Shown here: piece by piece, positions 37,802 through 46,418 of the stretch
Layout of the letters: each line of letters begins with the position of its first letter
Position numbering within the stretch: position 1 is the first letter of the stretch
From: Bacteroidia bacterium
Lineage (GTDB): Bacteria; Bacteroidota; Bacteroidia; NS11-12g; UBA9320
Direction: 5' to 3'
Assembly (NCBI GenBank): GCA_049115575.1
Contig: JAGDZU010000004.1
Span: forward strand, 572,294 to 636,293
Length of the DNA: 64,000 bases
The notes under the pieces: model-generated
Told to the model about the DNA's origin: nothing
The model's input: the letters and a program-made list of their open reading frames with translations, nothing else
The model's database searches: none
Made by a program: the position numbers and the translations under genes

Positions 37802-39445
37802 TTAAGATTCTTTGATGAATTTTAACACTTTGACTGTACCGTCATCAGCGTACACATGGGCATAGTAAAATCCTTTTGTCAAAATGGATATGTCAATACT
37901 ATTCAAGTCTTCATCAACTTCAAGAGCCAAGCTTCCGTCCGCGCCATAAATCTTCACTTTCGTTAGACTCTTGTCATCTGAACTCACGTCAATCTTACCT
38001 ATAGCAGGTACAGGTGATACAGATGCTTTCCACTCAGGTTTTAAATCTTCTCTTGGCTTATCCAAGTCTGTAGTTTCATCAGCGATTTGCTCATCAAGTT
38101 TGTTAGCTTTTCTCACACCAACATATATTTTAGTTCTCACTACAATTCTGCAATCCGCATTTTTATCCGCAACTACAAGAGTTACTAAATAAACACCCTT
38201 CTTGGCATATTTGTGTCTAATTGCTTTACCGCTACCTTTGGTTCCGTCACCAAAATCCCAGCTGTAAGTTGCATCCTTAGACGCATTAGATCTTGCTTTG
38301 AACAATACCTTGTTAAAGCTTTGGCGAGTTTTTATCTCCGCTTTAAGGTTACATGGTTTTTCAATTTTAATTCTCTTACATACACAAACCTTACATTTTG
38401 TTTTAGGATTGAATACAATTAAACAAACCTCATAAGTACCTGGTCTTGCGTATTTATGCTTTTGTACTCTACCAGTTGCGTCATGTCCATCACCAAATGT
38501 CCAGAAGAAATGTACGTCTTTCTCATTGGCCTTGGCCTCTAAATAAATCTTGTTATCCTTAATTTTGAAGTCAAAATCAGCTCTTAATTCACAGTGATTT
38601 TCCTTCTTTACAACAACACGTTCACATATTTCAACTTTACAAATTTCGTTTGAATTTGTACTCTTACCATATACAGTCAAGCATACTTTGTACACTCCTG
38701 GTTTCTTGTAGGAATGCTTAATCTCATCACCATAAAGCGTGGTTCCATCACCCATATCCCAGACAAAACGAGCAGGATCTTGGTTGGCTTTTGCCATGAA
38801 CTTGAAGTCTTTACCATCTTGTCTATAGATGAATTTTGCCTCTAAGTCGCAATCTTTCTTGATTCTGATTTTCTTACAAACTTTGGTGATACACCCATGC
38901 AAAGTATCTTTAACAATAAAGCAGATTTCATACTCTCCTGCTCTGTTATAAGTATGCTTAATTGGGTTTCCTCTTTTAACCGTACCATCGCCTAAATCAT
39001 ACCCATAAGCGGCATGATTACTATTTGAAGTACCTATTAGTTTAACTGTTTTGCCATCTATCCTTACATCAAACTTTGCTTCTAGCCTACTACAGTCTAC
39101 TATAGTAATAGCTTTACAAACTTCTGTAGTACATCTTTTATTAGTTGTGCTGTCAAAAGCAATTGCCTTTAAGCAAACTTTATATGTACCGGCTGTTTTG
39201 AATTGGTGTTTAATTGCACTGCCTCTATAAGCAGATCCATCGCTGATAGTCCAACCAAAAGCCACAGGCTTCTTGTTTGACCTAGCATGAAAAACGGCAG
39301 TTTTGGTGTTCTGATCTATCTTAACATCAAAATCTGCTTTGCAATTAGTGGATTGTCCCATGGCTGGGATCATCATGATTAATAATAACTGAAGTAGAAG
39401 CGCTTTACCTAGTAAACCAGTCTTCAATAAGTTTAATTGATTCAT
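37802..39445 (-). CDS. T9SS-secreted protein with five PKD-like domains (each with conserved Cys pairs) + T9SS C-terminal sorting domain
   Basis: Five ~85-aa repeats share W(D/T)(F/M)GDG...G..I.H.Y...G.Y.VCL (PKD signature) plus conserved C...C..C cysteines. The C-terminal ...GFYYAHVYADDGTVKVLKFIKES is a T9SS CTD. Start taken at MNQLNLLKTGLL (signal peptide). Confidence 0.65.
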   Translation of the reverse strand: MNQLNLLKTGLLGKALLLQLLLIMMIPAMGQSTNCKADFDVKIDQNTKTAVFHARSNKKPVAFGWTISDGSAYRGSAIKHQFKTAGTYKVCLKAIAFDSTTNKRCTTEVCKAITIVDCSRLEAKFDVRIDGKTVKLIGTSNSNHAAYGYDLGDGTVKRGNPIKHTYNRAGEYEICFIVKDTLHGCITKVCKKIRIKKDCDLEAKFIYRQDGKDFKFMAKANQDPARFVWDMGDGTTLYGDEIKHSYKKPGVYKVCLTVYGKSTNSNEICKVEICERVVVKKENHCELRADFDFKIKDNKIYLEAKANEKDVHFFWTFGDGHDATGRVQKHKYARPGTYEVCLIVFNPKTKCKVCVCKRIKIEKPCNLKAEIKTRQSFNKVLFKARSNASKDATYSWDFGDGTKGSGKAIRHKYAKKGVYLVTLVVADKNADCRIVVRTKIYVGVRKANKLDEQIADETTDLDKPREDLKPEWKASVSPVPAIGKIDVSSDDKSLTKVKIYGADGSLALEVDEDLNSIDISILTKGFYYAHVYADDGTVKVLKFIKES

Positions 39446-39545
39446 AGCATTTTGTTTTCTTACCCTTTTGGTCTGGTCAAAGACACAATGGTTGCACATG
39501 AATCAATAAATAAATTGTAACTCCTTGAATATCTGGGTGTTTTGA

Positions 39546-40532
39546 TTATTTTTTTCGCTCAATCACATAGTTGATTAAGCTATTAATGTACTCCACAGAA
39601 GAGGAAACATCAAGAGAATGAAGGGTTTCAACCGCTTTTTCTTTGTACTCGTGCATTCTGAGTGTAGCATACTCCATACCTCCATTGTCCATGACAAAGG
39701 CAATTACCGACTGAATTTCCTTTTTGCTCTTCTTAGGTTTTTTAATAAGCCTTATAATCTTTCTGCTTTCACTTTTAGATACTTGGCTTAAAGCATGAAT
39801 TAATGGCAGCGTCATCTTCTTTTCAACTATATCAATTCCAGTTGGCTTACCTATGTTGTTATCTCCATAATCGAATAGGTCATCCTTAATTTGAAATGCG
39901 ATGCCAATGTCCATGCCCATTTCCATCACCTTGTCTATCTGTTCCTGATTATCACAGGTACTATCTGCACCAATTCCACAGCAACTGGCTAAAAGTGACG
40001 CCGTCTTTTTAGATATAATTTCAAAATAAACTTCTTCAGTAATATCAAGTCTTCGCGCCTTTTCCATTTGTAAAAGTTCCCCTTCACTCATTTGCTCAAC
40101 TGCGCTAGAAAGAATTTCTAAACTTTGATAATCTTTGTTTCTCAGTGATAATAGTAATCCTTTAGAAAGCAGATAATCTCCAACAAGCACAGCAATCTTG
40201 TTTTTCCATAGTGCGTTAATGGAGAAGAATCCTCTTCTGAGATTTGCATCATCAACAACGTCATCATGAACTAGAGTAGCTGTATGTAATAATTCCACCA
40301 AAGCAGCCCCCCTATAGGTAGCCTCATTAATCTCACCAAACAGTTTAGCGCAGTGAAGAACCAAGAGAGGTCTCATTTGCTTCCCCTTTCGTTTCACTAT
40401 GTAATTCATTACTGTATCTAGTAAGGGTACTTTGCTTCTCATACTGTCTCTGAACTTGTTCTCAAAGATTTTGAGCTCTTCTTCTATTGGAGATTTTATG
40501 AAATCTAAGGCTTTGGCCATCAGAGCATGCAA
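39546..40532 (-). CDS. Polyprenyl diphosphate synthase (trans-isoprenyl, octaprenyl-type)
   Basis: First and second aspartate-rich motifs LVHDDVVDD and KDDLFDYGD. Confidence 0.85.
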   Translation of the reverse strand: MHALMAKALDFIKSPIEEELKIFENKFRDSMRSKVPLLDTVMNYIVKRKGKQMRPLLVLHCAKLFGEINEATYRGAALVELLHTATLVHDDVVDDANLRRGFFSINALWKNKIAVLVGDYLLSKGLLLSLRNKDYQSLEILSSAVEQMSEGELLQMEKARRLDITEEVYFEIISKKTASLLASCCGIGADSTCDNQEQIDKVMEMGMDIGIAFQIKDDLFDYGDNNIGKPTGIDIVEKKMTLPLIHALSQVSKSESRKIIRLIKKPKKSKKEIQSVIAFVMDNGGMEYATLRMHEYKEKAVETLHSLDVSSSVEYINSLINYVIERKK

Positions 40533-40553
40533 ATTACGCTTCGCCTATGGTTA

Positions 40554-40588
40554 AACAAAAAAAGGAGAGCAATTGCTCTCCTTTTTTC
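40554..40588. terminator. Rho-independent terminator (bidirectional architecture) downstream of the exbD operon
   Basis: A10-GGAGAGCAATTGCTCTCC-T6, a perfect 8-bp stem with a 2-nt loop core, flanked by A and T runs. Confidence 0.6.
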
Positions 40589-40605
40589 TGTAGGGTATTT
40601 TCTTA

Positions 40606-41070
40606 TTATTCTTCTACAATTTTTTTGGAAGCTGTATAACTCAACTTCAAAGCATTTACCTCTCTTAGTTCTTGCTTGATATCTTGAATAATTCCCATTT
40701 TCACAACCTTATCTGCCTTAAGAGATGTGGTCATAAATGGAATTTCTTTTTCATCCTTTTTAGAGTTTTGTAAAGTAATATACTCTTGAATTTGGTTTAC
40801 ATCTGCAAAGGCATCATCTAATTGTATACGAGGAGTTGTTCCAGACCTAATGTCTAAAGGAGGGCCAACAAAAATGTAATGCAACCTTGATTTCTTTTCA
40901 AGCTTCTCTACTTCTGTTGCTTGTGGAAGTTGAGTTCTAACTTTCATTTCCTTGTCACGCATTTTGGTAGCAACCATAAAGAAGAACAACAGCATAAATA
41001 CAATATCCGGTAAGGATGATGTATTAATATGAGGTGTGCCCCCGCCCTGTTTTTTCTTAAATTTTGACAT
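40606..41070 (-). CDS. exbD: Biopolymer transport protein ExbD/TolR (second copy)
   Basis: Cytoplasmic N-terminus, a single TM (IVFMLLFFFMVA), and a periplasmic domain. Directly follows another ExbD with a 1-nt overlap. Confidence 0.7.
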   Translation of the reverse strand: MSKFKKKQGGGTPHINTSSLPDIVFMLLFFFMVATKMRDKEMKVRTQLPQATEVEKLEKKSRLHYIFVGPPLDIRSGTTPRIQLDDAFADVNQIQEYITLQNSKKDEKEIPFMTTSLKADKVVKMGIIQDIKQELREVNALKLSYTASKKIVEE

Positions 41071-41615
41071 TACTCTCCTCCTGCATTAACTGGTTCCGCT
41101 TCTGATAATTTCTTAGGATACTTTTCTTTAACTTCATCAATTTGAGCCGTTGTCCTCAGTTTTTTGAATTCCAAGCCAAATTTCTGCATAGCATAATCAT
41201 CCCTCACCTGCTTATATGCTGCTTCCAGTTCGTTATATACACTTAGATACATATCGTAAGATGTACCTCTATCATTCTTTAATGAAACAATTGCAGAAGT
41301 TGAAGTAGTGGAAAGGTTAGGATCTTTGCCCTCATTAGTCAAGTGATCGATTGTTTTTTGTTTCAATTGATCCACTCTCAAAAGCCGACCTTCAACCAGT
41401 AACTGATCTTTGGCATTTACCAAGACCTCTAAAACTTCCTTCTTACGTTGTTTTGATTCCTCAGGTGGCTCATCAGTAATTGGAGGTAACTGAACTTGAA
41501 TACCTGTTGGAATATCCATAGTAGTTGTAACCAGGAAAAACACCAATAGTAAGAAGGCAATGTCTGCCATCGAACCTGCATTTATTTCTGGTATACCTCT
41601 TTTCTTTCTGGCCAT
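41070..41615 (-). CDS. exbD: Biopolymer transport protein ExbD/TolR
   Basis: MADIAFLLLVFFLVTT TM and an ExbD-like periplasmic domain. Confidence 0.75.
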   Translation of the reverse strand: MARKKRGIPEINAGSMADIAFLLLVFFLVTTTMDIPTGIQVQLPPITDEPPEESKQRKKEVLEVLVNAKDQLLVEGRLLRVDQLKQKTIDHLTNEGKDPNLSTTSTSAIVSLKNDRGTSYDMYLSVYNELEAAYKQVRDDYAMQKFGLEFKKLRTTAQIDEVKEKYPKKLSEAEPVNAGGE

Positions 41616-41616
41616 C

Positions 41617-42039
41617 TTATCTCTTTATTGCTGCAGAAATTTCGGATGCAATGATTGCTAAGAATGCTAATATCCCTAAACCATACATTACATATAATTC
41701 TGCATCTATTCTTTTTGATTCGCCCACGGTTGTTACTCCATAGTCATAATAACTTTCCAAAACTTGTCCCCCACCAGCAGAATAGCCAATAAGCGCAAGT
41801 ACTCCGAAAATCACCAATCCAATTAAAACCCTAAGACCAGCTTTAGGATGGTGTATTAGATTAGAAGCTGATGCAACCAGAACTCCAGCCGCAGCTACAA
41901 TCATAAGGACAACACCAAGCGTCAAGCCAATATTAGCACCTGACTCACTGCCATTGTCTCCCCAGATTAAATACATTATTCCGTACAGGATCATTACGAC
42001 CACTATAGAAAAGAATGCAATTTTTACTATTCTTCCCAT
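41617..42039 (-). CDS. Small hypothetical integral membrane protein within the ExbB-ExbD cluster
   Basis: 140 aa with four predicted TM helices. Lies between exbB and exbD. Confidence 0.5.
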   Translation of the reverse strand: MGRIVKIAFFSIVVVMILYGIMYLIWGDNGSESGANIGLTLGVVLMIVAAAGVLVASASNLIHHPKAGLRVLIGLVIFGVLALIGYSAGGGQVLESYYDYGVTTVGESKRIDAELYVMYGLGILAFLAIIASEISAAIKR

Positions 42040-42043
42040 AGGA

Positions 42044-42880
42044 TTATGCCTTAACTACTTTGTTTCTAACCAATATATCTACCAATGCTATTGAAGCATC
42101 TTCCATTTTATTCACCGTGCTATCCACCTTAGTAACAATATAGTTGTAGAATATCTGCAAAATGATTGCTACGATAAGACCCGCAACTGTTGTTAATAAT
42201 GCCACACTAATACCATCAGCAACTACACCAGGAGAAATATCACCTGCCTTCTTAATCGCATCAAATGCTTCAATCATACCTATTACAGTTCCCAAGAAAC
42301 CAAGCATTGGTGCAAGTGCAATAAATAATGACAGCCACACTAAGCCCTTTTCCAGTTGACCCATTTGAACTGATCCGTAATTAACAACGGCCTTTTCAAC
42401 CACGTCAATTGAACCTTGATCTGTTCGGTCCAGCCCTTGATAGAATATGCTTGCTACTGGTCCTCTTGTATTTCTACAGATTTCCTTAGCTCCTTCTACA
42501 TTTCCAGCAGAAATAGCTGCATCAATCTCAGCCACAAACTTGTCTGTGTTGATAGACATGTAGAATAAAGAGATGATTCTCTCAATAGCTATAGCAAGTC
42601 CAAGAATTAAACACATTAAAGGAAGTGACATAAATAAAGGCCCACCTTCAATAAACTTCTGTTTAATTGCTTGGTAACCCGATTCTTCTACTTCTTCTTC
42701 CTCTACAGCTTCTACTTCTTCCTCTGTCGCTTCATCTGCTTCTGCGGATTCCGTTGTTGCAGTATCTTCTGCTACTTCTTCTGTTGCTTCCTCTGCTGCT
42801 GGATCTTCCTGCGCGAAAACGGTTTGTACGTTAATTGCCAATAGGCAAAGTAACATAAGTAAGCTTGTGAATTTTTTCAT
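42044..42880 (-). CDS. exbB: MotA/TolQ/ExbB proton-channel family protein
   Basis: Signal peptide plus an acidic Ala/Glu-rich N-terminal region (typical of Bacteroidetes ExbB), then three TM helices with the conserved MotA/TolQ core (LGFLGTVIGMIEAF). Confidence 0.8.
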   Translation of the reverse strand: MKKFTSLLMLLCLLAINVQTVFAQEDPAAEEATEEVAEDTATTESAEADEATEEEVEAVEEEEVEESGYQAIKQKFIEGGPLFMSLPLMCLILGLAIAIERIISLFYMSINTDKFVAEIDAAISAGNVEGAKEICRNTRGPVASIFYQGLDRTDQGSIDVVEKAVVNYGSVQMGQLEKGLVWLSLFIALAPMLGFLGTVIGMIEAFDAIKKAGDISPGVVADGISVALLTTVAGLIVAIILQIFYNYIVTKVDSTVNKMEDASIALVDILVRNKVVKA

Positions 42881-42912
42881 CGTTTATTATAAAATTATTG
42901 ACGTATTGCGGA

Positions 42913-42920
42913 CAAAAATA
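42913..42920 (-). promoter_or_regulatory. Candidate -7 promoter element (TAttTTTG on minus strand) for the exbB operon
   Basis: Plus-strand CAAAAATA is TATTTTTG on the minus strand, 33 nt upstream of the exbB start codon. Confidence 0.3.
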
Positions 42921-43065
42921 GAAAAAATTAGTGTCCATCAAAGGTCATCCGACAATTTAACGCGTATTTAATGTTGCCTTATTTCACTAACTGCGAAAGC
43001 TTTGGTTTAGCGTAAAAGTTGAATAGCAATATAAAAACAGCCATTTTCGCTTTACCAAAGGAACT

Positions 43066-44418
43066 ATGGCCAAGACAAAAACAGTCTATACCTGCTCTAA
43101 TTGTGGAGCCAACTACGCACAAATGATAGGCAAATGTTTTTCATGTGGGTCTTTCAATACAATCAATGAAGAAAAAATAACTAAGTCTTCAAATGCCGTA
43201 ACGAGAGATCAGATAGAAGGACACATTACTCCAATAAGGAGCGTTGACTCTCAGGAAGTTGCAAGGATTTCAGTGCCTGGTCAAGAATTGAATCGAGTTC
43301 TAGGTGGAGGTTTGGTTCCAGGCTCAGTAATTCTTTTAGGTGGTGAGCCGGGAATAGGGAAATCAACCCTTCTTCTTCAGACGGCATTGAGAATGAACCA
43401 GCCTGTGATCTATGTAAGTGGAGAGGAGAGCTTGAATCAAATCAAAATGCGAGGAGATAGAATTGGGATCAAGAATGATGATTGTCTGCTGCTAAATGAA
43501 ACTTGTGTGGAATCAATTATTAATCACTTAAAAAAAATTAAACCCGCATTTGCCATTATTGATTCAATTCAGACTTTGTACTCCAAGTATTTAGAATCTA
43601 CCCCTGGAACAGTTTCTCAAATCAGAGAAACAAGTGCATTGTTAATCCAAATGGCTAAACAACACCATATCCCATTATTCCTAGTAGGTCATATCACCAA
43701 AGATGGTCAGTTAGCCGGTCCAAAGCTATTAGAGCATATGGTGGATACAGTTTTACAATTTGAAGGGGAGACTCAATATGCATATCGTTTGTTGAGAACC
43801 TTGAAAAACAGATTTGGCAGTTCTATGGAGCTCGGTATTTATGAAATGAATTCAAATGGAATGCGAGAAGTATTAAACCCATCTGAACTTCTAATTACTG
43901 ATCGCAAAGAGAATTTGTCTGGCATTAGTGTTTTGGCCTCTATTGAAGGAAACAGACCTCTTATGGTTGAAACCCAAGCTTTGGTTAGCCCAGCAGTATA
44001 TGGCACTCCACAAAGAAATTCAAATGGGTTTGACTTGAAACGCCTAAATATGATTTTGGCCATACTTGAAAAACGCGCTGCAATGCAGATGGGGTTAAAT
44101 GATGTCTTTGTAAATATTGCAGGTGGTCTTAAGATTGCAGACCCGGGTGCTGACTTAGCTCTGGCAGCCTCAATTTGTTCATCTTTTACAAGTATTGCGG
44201 TACCTGCTAAAATGGTTTTTGCCGCAGAATTGGGATTGAGCGGGGAGCTAAGGGGTGTAAACAGGCTTGAACAGAGGCTAAAAGAGGCCGAAAAGTTGGG
44301 ATATACTCATGCAATGGTCTCAGATCAGGTGGATTTAGACAAGACTCAGTATAAAATCAAGTTAATTCAACAGGATAATATTAGAAAATGCATTGATATG
44401 CTCTTTAGTGCTAAGTAA
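43066..44418 (+). CDS. radA: DNA repair protein RadA/Sms
   Basis: N-terminal C4 zinc finger (CSNCGANYAQMIGKCFSCGS), a RecA-like Walker A (GGEPGIGKST), a KNRFG motif, and a Lon-protease-like C-terminal domain. Confidence 0.9.
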   Translation: MAKTKTVYTCSNCGANYAQMIGKCFSCGSFNTINEEKITKSSNAVTRDQIEGHITPIRSVDSQEVARISVPGQELNRVLGGGLVPGSVILLGGEPGIGKSTLLLQTALRMNQPVIYVSGEESLNQIKMRGDRIGIKNDDCLLLNETCVESIINHLKKIKPAFAIIDSIQTLYSKYLESTPGTVSQIRETSALLIQMAKQHHIPLFLVGHITKDGQLAGPKLLEHMVDTVLQFEGETQYAYRLLRTLKNRFGSSMELGIYEMNSNGMREVLNPSELLITDRKENLSGISVLASIEGNRPLMVETQALVSPAVYGTPQRNSNGFDLKRLNMILAILEKRAAMQMGLNDVFVNIAGGLKIADPGADLALAASICSSFTSIAVPAKMVFAAELGLSGELRGVNRLEQRLKEAEKLGYTHAMVSDQVDLDKTQYKIKLIQQDNIRKCIDMLFSAK

Positions 44419-44536
44419 TTGTATATCAAGCTGCACATAGCTAAATTCTAAGCTGTTATTGTGGGTAAAAACCACAGTTTATTTGTAAATCTTCCCTTTC
44501 CTTTAAAAAATATTTCAATCCCATGCAACCATTGGG

Positions 44537-45112
44537 ATGAACCCAAGACTAATGAGCAAAGCGAATAGTTTGAAAAATGACCAGGAACTTATTACAGCCT
44601 GTGCAAGGAAAGAACCTAACGCTCAAAAACAACTATTTAACCAGTATGCAGGCAAAATGCTTGGGGTTTGTGCTAGATATTGCCCCAATATGGAGGACGC
44701 CAAAGACGCTCTTCATGAGGGATATATCAAGATATTTCATCAAATTGAACGCTTTAAAGGAAATGCAAAACTGGAAACTTGGATGACAAGGATAATGATA
44801 AATACTGCTATTGATCACTTTAAAAAGAGCATCAAATTCAAGGAATACAATCCTGAATCACGCGAGCTCGAAGAAGCCACTTATATAGAATTTGACGAAG
44901 ATAAGGAAGTGAAAATGGCCGATTTAATTGCTGTTATCAATAAATTACCTGACGGTTATAGGATTATTTTTAACCTATACGCCATTGAAGGATATACGCA
45001 TAAAGAAATTGCTGCTCAGTTGAGTATTAGCGAAGGGACATCAAAATCTCAACTTGCTAGGGCCAGAAAGCAGCTGCAAAGACTAGTTAAAGAGAACATT
45101 AATCTTGGCTAA
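44537..45112 (+). CDS. RNA polymerase ECF-type sigma-70 factor
   Basis: Region 2 (DALHEGYIKIF...WMTRIMINTAIDHFKK) and region 4 (YTHKEIAAQLSISEGTSKSQLARARKQL). An alternative start at 44552 is possible. Confidence 0.85.
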   Translation: MNPRLMSKANSLKNDQELITACARKEPNAQKQLFNQYAGKMLGVCARYCPNMEDAKDALHEGYIKIFHQIERFKGNAKLETWMTRIMINTAIDHFKKSIKFKEYNPESRELEEATYIEFDEDKEVKMADLIAVINKLPDGYRIIFNLYAIEGYTHKEIAAQLSISEGTSKSQLARARKQLQRLVKENINLG

Positions 45113-46412
45113 GAAAAAGCAACATATCGATGATTTTTTTAAGGAGAACTTAGCTCATAAGGATCTTCCTTTGGATGGGACGGAATGGTCTCGTCTTGAA
45201 CATGCCTTAGCACCAAAAAGAAAAAGAAGGTTCATGTGGTGGTGGTTGCTATTACCTCTAGCACTTTTTGGTCTTTGGGCATTGTTTAATCCATCTTCAA
45301 ATCAAGAAGTGGATGCGGAAACTATTGTTGACCGAAATGAATACAATAAAGACAACACTAATAATCACAATGCAGATAACTCAGAAATAACCGCTTCGGA
45401 AGAAAGAGATACTGAAGAATCTACACTTACACCATTTGAGCGCGAACACGGCACCAATGTAATTCGTATAGTGGAAGAAACAGAGGCTACTGAACATAGC
45501 TCAAATGAACAGGCTACAAGCACAATTCATTCAAATGGAGTTGAGCCAATCGCTATTGACGTTGACCCTGTTAAGATTGTTGACTACTCCCATTTATTGG
45601 TTGAAATATTCTCAAAAACCGCTCTCATTTTAGACTATAATGCCACATTTAAGTCGCTTGATTCGTCTGATTTAAAGAGCGTTCCTTCTCAAACATCTAA
45701 GATGAAACCAATTAGCGTTTCGCTACCATGGCATATAGGTGTTAATGTAGGTGGAAATATTAACCAGCAAAGAATGAATTCGAATAAAGACGAACTAATC
45801 ACGTATAGGACACTGAACGAAAAACAAAGTTTCAGGCCAGAAGTACAAGTGGATCTTAAAACCGAGTTTAAAGGTTTCTCCTATAGCGCAGGATTAGGAT
45901 ATGTGAGCACACAGCAATCGCTTGGTAAAGCCTACTCCAATAATCCAGAGATTAGAGTTTTACTGTATGACAGCATTGCCTTTGTAGATATTAACGATGA
46001 TACTACTTGGTTGCCTTGGAATTACAGAGATAGCGTAATAAAGACAGGCATTAACAACCCAAGCTATAACTACATGAGCATTCCAATAAGTGTAGGAAAG
46101 GCATTTAATTTAGGTCCTCGATCAAGCGTTGAATTAATATTCAATTTAAGACCTCAATACTTGCTCAGCGCTAGCGGACAAGTAGCTGGACCATCTTTGA
46201 GAGTTTATGATGTTTCTACCGCCGGTATAAACAGATTCAACTTGCGAACAGGATTAGAAGTGGCATATAACTATCAACTAATGCCAAGGTGGCAATTACA
46301 GACTAAAGCTGGAATGCAGTATGATCTCATAGATATGAGTAAGAATGACGAGATCACACAACATATTGATTTATACGGATTGAAACTGGGACTATACTAT
46401 AGATTAAAGTAG
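45105..46412 (+). CDS. Putative anti-sigma factor-like membrane protein: cytoplasmic N-terminus, one TM, Asn/Glu/Thr-rich linker, C-terminal outer-membrane-beta-barrel-like domain
   Basis: Overlaps the sigma gene by 8 nt. KRKRRFMWWWLLLPLALFGLWALF is a single TM after a 40-aa basic N-terminus. The C-terminal ~230 aa has alternating hydrophobic strands and ends ...LGLYYRLK. Confidence 0.45.
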   Translation: MAKKKQHIDDFFKENLAHKDLPLDGTEWSRLEHALAPKRKRRFMWWWLLLPLALFGLWALFNPSSNQEVDAETIVDRNEYNKDNTNNHNADNSEITASEERDTEESTLTPFEREHGTNVIRIVEETEATEHSSNEQATSTIHSNGVEPIAIDVDPVKIVDYSHLLVEIFSKTALILDYNATFKSLDSSDLKSVPSQTSKMKPISVSLPWHIGVNVGGNINQQRMNSNKDELITYRTLNEKQSFRPEVQVDLKTEFKGFSYSAGLGYVSTQQSLGKAYSNNPEIRVLLYDSIAFVDINDDTTWLPWNYRDSVIKTGINNPSYNYMSIPISVGKAFNLGPRSSVELIFNLRPQYLLSASGQVAGPSLRVYDVSTAGINRFNLRTGLEVAYNYQLMPRWQLQTKAGMQYDLIDMSKNDEITQHIDLYGLKLGLYYRLK

Positions 46413-46418
46413 CAGTAT

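Noticed and set aside
44448-44480. Possible terminator hairpin after radA (TGTGG-7nt-CCACA + T-rich)
   Set aside because: Only a 5-bp stem with an interrupted T-tract, too weak to call.
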